A stretch of 64,000 nt of DNA from a virus. Position numbers and translations under genes: made by a program. Under the pieces are notes generated by a model. The model did no database searches and was not told the origin of the DNA. It saw only the letters and a list, made by a program, of their open reading frames with translations. The DNA is taken from positions 32,001 to 96,000 of IMG/VR virus record IMGVR_UViG_3300045988_107814; one strand, given 5' to 3'. Below, piece by piece: positions 54,409 to 63,100 of the stretch; the first letter of the stretch is position 1, and each line of letters starts with the position of its first letter.

Positions 54409-56508
54409 ATGGACATTACTCAAATTGTTAAAAGTAAAACAACAGATCTTTATAAAAAAGATATGTTAGATGCACTTAAGTTATCTTTTCCAGGTATGAC
54501 AGAAACTGATTTAATGGAAGCTATTGATTATTCTATTACAAAAAGAGGTAGCGATAGTAAAGCATATCTAGATAATAACTATAAGAAAATAAGAGAAAAC
54601 AGAACTCTATTTGAAATTACTGATTATATTATACAGAGAGAACCAATCATTACAGTTTCAGGTGTAATGTTTAGAAAACATGGTTATTGTCCTAATCCTT
54701 TTGTAATGCTTATTCAGGAATTCTTGGAGCAAAGAGGTATTTATAAAAAGACAATGTTTAAATATCCTAAAGGTTCTGAGGAATTTGAAAAGTATAATAT
54801 TCTTCAGTTATCAGAAAAAGTATCTGGTAATGCAATGTATGGTGCTTCTGGTAATCATACAAGTATCTTTTATAATCTTTATGTTGCACAGAGTATTACA
54901 ATGCAAGGTAGAAGTTGTATTGCATCAGCTATTATGTTATTCGAAGCAACAATGGCTAATAATGTAAAGTTACTTAGTCTGAATGATGCGGTGACTTTTA
55001 TTACAAATATTAGACGTGAGCCTGTATTAAAGTATCCAGATGAATTGATTATTGATAAAGATAATTATGTAACTGTAGAAGAATGTTTCTTTAAGATTCT
55101 TTATAGTTCTGGATTCTATTGGATTCCTACAGAAAAAGAAATGACTCTTATTTGGGATATTCTTAATCAGTGTAATCAGCATGAATTGAATAAGATTTTC
55201 TATAAGAATAATCTATTTTGGTTTGTTGATAATAGCCTTGTTATGAACAAGATTATTTCTATTCTTTCTACTCTTGATGAGCCATTTATTGATCCTAATA
55301 GTCCTCCTGAATCTATTAAAGGTATGATGGATGAATTATATGATATGATCTATGAATGGGTTTATTATGATAAACAATATATGGATAGAATTGATAGAAC
55401 AGAAAATATGTACAGATGTGTATCTATGCTTACAGATACAGATAGCTGTTTTATTTCTTTTGATGGATGGTATAGATATATTCTTGATAAGACATTTAAT
55501 ATTCCTATGAAGATTAAAGAGCTTGAAATTGAAGAAAAAACAGGTGAAGTAAAGGAAGCATTTGATATAGGCTATGACTATGACTTTTATAAAGATGAAA
55601 TTATTGAAAGTCAGAATATTATTAGACCTGATGTAATTATTCCTCAGGTTGGTTTTCGTTGTAGTATCATCAATATTCTTGCAAGTATTATGGGAAGACT
55701 TGCTATTGATTATATGTGTAAGTATTCTGATAATTCTAATTCTACTATTTGTCATGATGGTTCTCGACGTAAAAGTTTCTTTATTCTTAAGAATGAATTC
55801 CAACTTAAACGTGCTTTGATTACAGATGGGAAAAAGAATTATTGTGCATATCAAGAACGTCAAGAATCTAATATTATTCCAAAAGAAAAAGCTCTTGCAA
55901 TTACAGGCATGCCGATCAAAAAAGTAGGTGTTCCAGAATCTACAAAAGTTAGACTTCAAAAAATTCTTCTTGAACAAATTCTAGATAATCCTGGCGAAAT
56001 TTCTCAAGTAGAAATTGTAAAACAGTTAGCTATATTCGAAAAACAAATTATTCAAGCTATCGAAAATGGTAGTAAAGAATATTTTAAACCAGAAAGAATC
56101 AAAGCTAAAGATGCTTATGATAATCCTATGAGAGAATCTGGTGTTAAGGCCGCAATAGCATTTAACTTCCTCAAGGATGACGATATGGAAGCTATTGATC
56201 TTGATGAAAGAAATAGTATTCTAAATATTAAAGTAAATATTGATCTTAAAAATATTGAGAATATGAAAGATAGATATCCAGATGTTTATAAACGTGCTAT
56301 TGAACTAATGTCAACAAGAAAAGAATTTGAAAAAGGAATTACTGCTATCGCTATTCTAGACAATATGCAAGTACCTGAATGGATTAAGGAATATATTGAT
56401 TATACTACTATTGTAAATGATAATCTTAGACCATTTCCTTGCGAAGCCTTAGGTATTGATAGAATGGACAACAAGAATATTAATTATACTAATATTTTGA
56501 AGTTTTAG
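54409..56508 (+). CDS. family B DNA polymerase, C-terminal part (motifs B and C, thumb)
   Basis: Motif B QLSEKVSGNAMYGASG (Kx3NSxYG), motif C MLTDTDSCFI (DTDS), and KKxY as GKKNYCAY. No exonuclease motifs and no motif A. Confidence 0.85.
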   Translation: MDITQIVKSKTTDLYKKDMLDALKLSFPGMTETDLMEAIDYSITKRGSDSKAYLDNNYKKIRENRTLFEITDYIIQREPIITVSGVMFRKHGYCPNPFVMLIQEFLEQRGIYKKTMFKYPKGSEEFEKYNILQLSEKVSGNAMYGASGNHTSIFYNLYVAQSITMQGRSCIASAIMLFEATMANNVKLLSLNDAVTFITNIRREPVLKYPDELIIDKDNYVTVEECFFKILYSSGFYWIPTEKEMTLIWDILNQCNQHELNKIFYKNNLFWFVDNSLVMNKIISILSTLDEPFIDPNSPPESIKGMMDELYDMIYEWVYYDKQYMDRIDRTENMYRCVSMLTDTDSCFISFDGWYRYILDKTFNIPMKIKELEIEEKTGEVKEAFDIGYDYDFYKDEIIESQNIIRPDVIIPQVGFRCSIINILASIMGRLAIDYMCKYSDNSNSTICHDGSRRKSFFILKNEFQLKRALITDGKKNYCAYQERQESNIIPKEKALAITGMPIKKVGVPESTKVRLQKILLEQILDNPGEISQVEIVKQLAIFEKQIIQAIENGSKEYFKPERIKAKDAYDNPMRESGVKAAIAFNFLKDDDMEAIDLDERNSILNIKVNIDLKNIENMKDRYPDVYKRAIELMSTRKEFEKGITAIAILDNMQVPEWIKEYIDYTTIVNDNLRPFPCEALGIDRMDNKNINYTNILKF

Positions 56509-56514
56509 TAACAA

Positions 56515-56552
56515 AAAATAAACAGGACGTAAAGTCCTGTTTATTTCTTTTT
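56515..56552. terminator. bidirectional terminator between convergent genes
   Basis: 13-bp stem AAATAAACAGGAC/GTCCTGTTTATTT followed by CTTTTTGC. Confidence 0.7.
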
Positions 56553-56577
56553 GCTTTGTGAAGATATGTTTATAGTA

Positions 56578-56934
56578 TTACTTTTCTTGTGCTATTTCCC
56601 TTGCTATTTCTTTAATTTGAATTTTCTTTACTAAATAAATAACAGAATCGTTGTATTCGAAGAACGAATCAAATAATTTTTCATCGGCTTCAATCTGACT
56701 TTTAAATGCACTATAGCCAGAATTAATAATTGAGTGTTCACGAATAAATAAGTTTTCTAACATATTAATTTTAGATTCGTTCCTTCGTTTAATAGCCTTT
56801 AAAAATGATAAAGAGTAAGTAAGGTCAAGCATATTCTTGCATTCGTAAGGAATATTTCCAACCTTAAACGACTTTTTGATTGCACGATGAAACTTATTTG
56901 CTGCCGAAATAGCTACCTTAATATCGTTGGTCAT
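56578..56934 (-). CDS. hypothetical protein (cassette B)
   Basis: 118-aa ORF. The start ATG at 56934 overlaps the TGA of a 12-codon upstream ORF. Confidence 0.7.
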   Translation of the reverse strand: MTNDIKVAISAANKFHRAIKKSFKVGNIPYECKNMLDLTYSLSFLKAIKRRNESKINMLENLFIREHSIINSGYSAFKSQIEADEKLFDSFFEYNDSVIYLVKKIQIKEIAREIAQEK

Positions 56935-57085
56935 GATAATGCCTTTCTCCCTTTAATGTCTGGGATCATAAGTTTTATACAAACTTATGATTACTTGCCT
57001 TTTGACAACTGGAGTAATTTGCAAGTCTCCAGTTATTGATATAGATAGAATGTATTCTCCTATTCACTATAATAATATATAAAGC
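56935..57085 (-). promoter_or_regulatory. conserved class-II promoter/leader, copy B
   Basis: Minus strand reads TATATATTATTATAGTGAATAGGAGA ... GTATAAAACTTATGATCCCAGACATTAAAGGGAG, matching copy A at 34255..34405. It contains the stems CTGGAG/CTCCAG, ACTTGC/GCAAGT and ATCATAAGTT/AACTTATGAT. Confidence 0.55.
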
Positions 57086-57127
57086 AATAAATAAAATCTT
57101 ACACTTCTGTATATTTCTTGTATCTTG

Positions 57128-57141
57128 AACATATCTATAAT
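57128..57141 (+). promoter_or_regulatory. AACA-N6-TAAT candidate phage promoter
   Basis: AACATATCTATAAT, 29 nt before the ATG at 57170. Confidence 0.4.
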
Positions 57142-57169
57142 TAAAGAGTGAAAGGAGGTCATTATTTAT

Positions 57170-60100
57170 ATGGCTGTTTCAGTACAGAAATATATGAAGA
57201 ATATGATAAAATCTGTGGCGTATGGTACGTCAGATGTTTTATCTGAAAAATTTGAATATGTTAGGGACTTCAAAGAAGAAAATCAAGAAGTCTTTAAAGA
57301 AGCATATAGTGCAGTAAAAGATTATAAAAACACATATGCTAGAATCAAAAAAGCTATAGTAAATAATAAAGTAATGGATGCAGCTAGAATCGGTTATGAT
57401 TCTATGTTATATAGTATTACAACAGGCGATTTCTATGCAAAATCTAAAGAAGCCGAAGTAATGGATAAATATGGTGGTGATATATTAGACGGCTTTGATG
57501 TAGATAATGAAGATTTTGATTGGGATAATGAAGATTTATCTACTGGAGATAAAGTTATAGCTACAGCTATTAAAAAAAATGGCAAAGTTGGAACTGCTCT
57601 AACCATTGAAGCTGTTTCTCAAACTGGAAAAGCACAAATGGATGTAGCTAAAGAAAATACAATGTTATTATATACTCAAAATGAGCGTATGTTAAATAAA
57701 CTTGATACTGGATTTACTAATATAATGGGATTCTTAAAACAAAATGGAGAACAAACTGCTAAAATCCAGAATCAAATGAATGATAACTTAAATAAATTTA
57801 TGACTCATGTAGATAATAATGTAGAGAAATTAACTAAACAAATGGACGAATTACTTCAAATGCAAAGAAATATATATAATGGTCCAGAGCAAAAAGAGAA
57901 AAAACATAAAATAGGATATGATGATATTATAAGTAATAAAGGCGTTATTAATATAAAAGAATATGGAAAGCAAATTAAAAAACAAGCATTTGAAGCTGCT
58001 AATAATTTATCAGGTGGAATGCTAAGTCAAATGTTTGGAGAATCTATAAGCGGATCTAACTTATTAGCTACAGCAGCATCTACATTACCAAGAGATATAT
58101 TAAAAGGTATGATTAACAAAGCTCTCGGTGCTAAATTTGATCAAGCTGCCAAAGAATTAGATACAACTCTACAAGGAATTATTCCAACTCTAATGTCAAA
58201 GGCTAATGCTGCCGGTAGAGGAGATAATAAAATATTAAGTTTCTTAGGAAAAATATTTGGTATTAAAGATAAAAAGAATGAAAAAGTAGAAACTGATAAA
58301 TATAATAGAGGTGCTATACCATTTGATGGAGTGACTAAACGTGCTATAACAGATGTAATCCCATATTATTTGAGAAAGATGACAGCCTCTATGACAGGTA
58401 AACCAGAAATGGTATATGATTATCAATCTGGTAGATGGACTACTATGAGAGGTATTAAGCAAGAACATGAAAAAACAATGACAATGGCTAAAGATAGAAC
58501 AACCGGATTATTATTAAATATACTAGAAAGTAATATGGGTGGAAGAAGAATAAGCGATTCATTTAAAACAAAAGACGAATATGATAAATTTATGAAAGCT
58601 CTTGAATCCTATTCTAGTAGACTGTTATCAGCTGGTGATTTTGGTTCTATAAAAGAATCTGAATTAGATAGTAGTGCTCAAGAAGAAATTCATAAAGCAT
58701 TACGATATGTAATGAGATTAGATGATGATACTGGAAAAGATAGAAGATTTACTAAAGGAGCTAATGGCAAAAAAACAAGTTCTGGACTTGGAAGAAGTAG
58801 TATTGGTTCTTTATCTACTATATTAAGAGAATATAAGAATGCACAAAATGCCGCAATTAAAGCTATCAATGACGGCGATTCTACATTAAGATTAATTAAT
58901 GCAGAAGGCCTTGACAGAATAAGTTATGAAAGTTATTCTGATAAAGCGGGTGCTAATAAATATGGAGATTTAGATCAAAGATATATTCAAGATCTTCCAA
59001 TAACACAAGTATTATTAAGAGGCAAAGATGAATACGGTGTATCTATGTATCAATATTTAAGAGACATGGGTAAGAGTTTAAGATTTATTAAAGCTAATTC
59101 TGTATATCTTGCTGGAATTAATGGTACTGGTATAGGAGATGAATTATCAGAAGAAAAATGGAAATCCATATTTGAAAGTAATGGGTCTGGCGAAGGATTA
59201 TCTTATTCTGATGATAAACCTGCTAAGTATGCATTAGAATATTATAAGGAACAACACAAAGAAATTAAAAGAAAAGAAGAAAAAGGTTATGAATCTAGAA
59301 TTGCAAGAGCAAAAAATAGAGCCGAACAAAAAGGCGAATCTTTCTATGTTGCTGATGATTTTTATTCTTTTTCTTCTAAAGACGGTAAAACAGGTCTTAA
59401 AAAAATTATAACTACACAAGAAGAATCAAAAATAGCAAAGACAATTAAAGAAGAAGAAAAGGAAAGATTAAAGAAAGAAAAAGAAAGATGGGCTAATATA
59501 ACTGACATTGTTGGAGAAGATAGTGCAAAATTATTAAAAGATGCATCCGATGATTTTGATAGTTCTGAATCATTAAGTAAAAATATGAGTAAAGTTAAAG
59601 ATAAAGGCTTTGCTGCTAATTTAATGATGTTTGCTAAATGGGCTACTAATAAAGTGGGTAACCCAGCTAATGCGGCTGCTGATGCTGTTATAAAAGTAGA
59701 TTATTGGTTACAAAAATTAATTTATGGTGAAGATTTAAAAAGTGATGATAAAAAGACAGGATTTTTTACAAGAGTAAAGGATTCAATTAAAGATGGGTTT
59801 AAAACAGTAACTGATAAAATTCAAGAAGGATTTGATACTCTTAAAGAAAAACTGAAACCACTTAAAGAAAAATACTTGGATCCAATATTAGAAAAAGTTT
59901 CTAATACGTTATTTGGTACAAAGGATGGAGATGGTATTAGAAGTGGCGGAATATTAGGTGGTTTTATAGGAGGAATTCAAAAAGGTATAAGAAAAAATAC
60001 AGCGGATGTAGAAAGATATGCTAAAGAAAAAGCTAAAAAATTTGGTAATAAAGCAAAGCAAATTTTTAATATAAGTGAAGAACCAAAAGCAACTCCACCT

Positions 60101-63100
60101 AAACCTGAACAGAAAAAAGTAGAACCTCTTACAGTTCTTACACCAGGACAAGTTAAATTTAAAGAAAAAATTCAAAATACTAAAGATCAAATATATAAAT
60201 TAAGAAGTGCTATAAGTTCTAGTATGAAATATATAAAAGAACTAGAGGACAAAATTTCATATATAAGTGATGGTCTTAAGACATTTAGTAAAAAGAATGT
60301 AGAATATTATTCAGAGGAACAATATAAACTTGACAAACAAGAAAGAACAGCGTATCAAATTCAATTAAATGAAGAAAAAGCAAAATTGAAAAAATTAAAA
60401 AATACATTAAGCAAAAAGATAAAAACATACAATTCTATGGTAAAACATGCTCTGTCTATAGGTATTAATGATTTTCAATTAATTGATGAGAATGGTGCAG
60501 ATGTTAAAACAATGGCTGTTGGTGGTGTGAATAAAACTGGCAAATCATTCCAATCTGTATTATCTGCTGGTGAACTTCATAATGGTGTACCAGTAAGATC
60601 TATGGGTATATATACCATTAATCCTGGTGATACAGTTGTTAACCCAGCTAGTGCATCTACAAGATCTAGACAAGCTAGAGCAGAGAAAAATTATCTAAAC
60701 AATATTAAACGAAACGCTGAAGCTAACCAAAAGCTATCTCCAGATGAACAAGTTCCTAGTGAAACAGAACAAAAAGAAGATCCAAATAAATTTGCTGAAT
60801 TAATGACAAATAAAGACTGGACAGAATTAACTGATAAGAAGCAAAGAGCTGAATTCTTAGGAAATGTGGCTAGTAGAGGTCTTATTGGCGGTGGTCTTGG
60901 TCTGTTAGTAGGTGGTCCTTTATTAGGTGCTGCTGTTGGTGCTGCTTCTTCATTAACCAAATCTACCGATGCTTTCTCAAGTCTGCTATTTGGCGACGCT
61001 ATTAAAGATAAAGATGGTAATGTTCAAGTTGATGAAGATGGTAAAATTGTTAGATCAGACAATGGTCTTATTTCTAAAGAAATTATGAAGGCTATGCCAG
61101 ATGTTAAGAAGTTTGGTATTGGTGGTGCTATTGCAGGTCTCATCACCCCTCTAGGTCCATTAGGTGGTATTCTAGCAGGTTCAGCATTAGGATTTGCAAA
61201 AAACTCTGAAATATTCCAAGGTTCTTTATTTGGTGATGGTGGTATATTCTCTGATAAGAATGTAAATAAACTTAAAAAAGGTGCTAAGAATATTGGTGCT
61301 GGTGCTATTATCGGTGCTATTGCTATGCCTGGTCCTTTTGGTTTATTAGGAAATGCTCTTATTGGTGCTACAGCTGGCTATATAACTTCTACTGACAAAT
61401 TCAAAGATGCTTTACTTGGCGAAAAATCTGATCCTAATGATCCAAATAGTAAACGTCAAGGTGGTATTGTTGGTGGAATTAAAGATGCTTTACGTCCTAT
61501 GAAAGATTTCGGTCTGCATCTACGTGATAATATTATGGATGAAATCTTTGGTAAGGATGAAGGCGATGGTCGTAAGGGTGGACTATTTGGTGCTATTAGA
61601 GATAATATGGTAACTCCTATTATCGAAGGTGGTAAATCTGTATTCCAAACTTTGCAAAATAATGTATCTGATATGGCTCATCTATTAGGTGATGCTTATA
61701 AAAAATTTAGAGCAAATCACGCTGGTAATGATTTCTTTGGTGGATTAATTGAAAAAGCAGATAAACTTACTGGAGGTGCTATTAAAGGTGCTGGTTCTAT
61801 TGGTAGGGCTATGACTAAACCATTTAGACTTTTAGGTGACGATGGTATTGGTGGAATGCTTACTGCTAGACGTATTAAAAATGGTACAGAAATAGGTAAA
61901 TCTGCTACGCAAAGAAATATATTTAGAACAAAACATAACCTAGGCATAGGTGATAAATATGCTAAAGCTGACCAAGTAATGGCCAACATGTCTAGAGAAG
62001 ATCTACTAATGGCTCAATCATTATTAGAATTTGGCGACAATACTGATATGATTGATCAGGCTAGAGATAATGACTATGCTATTTTAGGTCAAGAATTAAG
62101 AAAGAATCTAAATAGATCAGATGCTAAAAAAGTTATTAAATTAATAAAAGATGGTAATATTGCCGAAGCACAAAAATTTGCTAGAACTAGAAAAGTATCT
62201 GATGATTCAAAGAAAAATGTAGAATCCTTAATTAGTAATCACCAATATAAATTAGATCAGTATAAGAGTACTAAAAAGAGAATTGAAAGTCTTGGTAAAG
62301 ATTCTCAAACTATTTTAAAAGATTTGGGGTTAAAAGTAGATACTAAAGATCCAAAATCTGTAAGATATTTAAAGAAACAATTGTCTAAAGAAATTGCTCA
62401 TCAAGATGCTGGTTTAACTGATGAAGAAATAGCATTTAAAAAGCAAGAAGAAATGTGGAAAGGTAAAGATTCTCCATTAACTGTAGTTAATACTGGTGTA
62501 ACAACTGTTGTAGAATTATTACAACAGATTAAACTTGGTAATGAATATGACAATCTTCCTGCTAGTGAAAAAGCAAAATACTCTAAAACTGAATATATTA
62601 ATTCTCATAAAACTACAGCTGATACAGAAACACAAGTTAAGAAAACTGCTGTAGGAAAAGGTGTACAACCATCTGTAGCTGTAAACCCTCAAGCTAACTT
62701 ATATAAGAAAATGGAAGATATTAAAAATGAAGAATATATGAAGTCTCTAAAAGAAGTATCTGATAGAGGTGTTAAAATTTTCAACAACTTAGTTGCAGAA
62801 GATTTAAGAGATCCAGAAAAAATAGAATTCGATATAGCAGCTCAATATAGTGTGTCTGAAGATGGTTCTGATGGTAAACCAAAATATGAACCAAATAAAA
62901 AGTTAATCCGTAATATTAAAATTACTAGATTTAAAAAGACATATGAATTCGATGTTACCTATACATGTAATGAAAAAGGTGATGTTTCATTAACTACTGA
63001 TCAAGAAGAAACATTTACTATTGCTAGAGATTCTTTTGTTAGTGAATATATGAGAAAATTCATTCCTAAAGATCGTAAAGAAATAATTAAAAATATGAAC

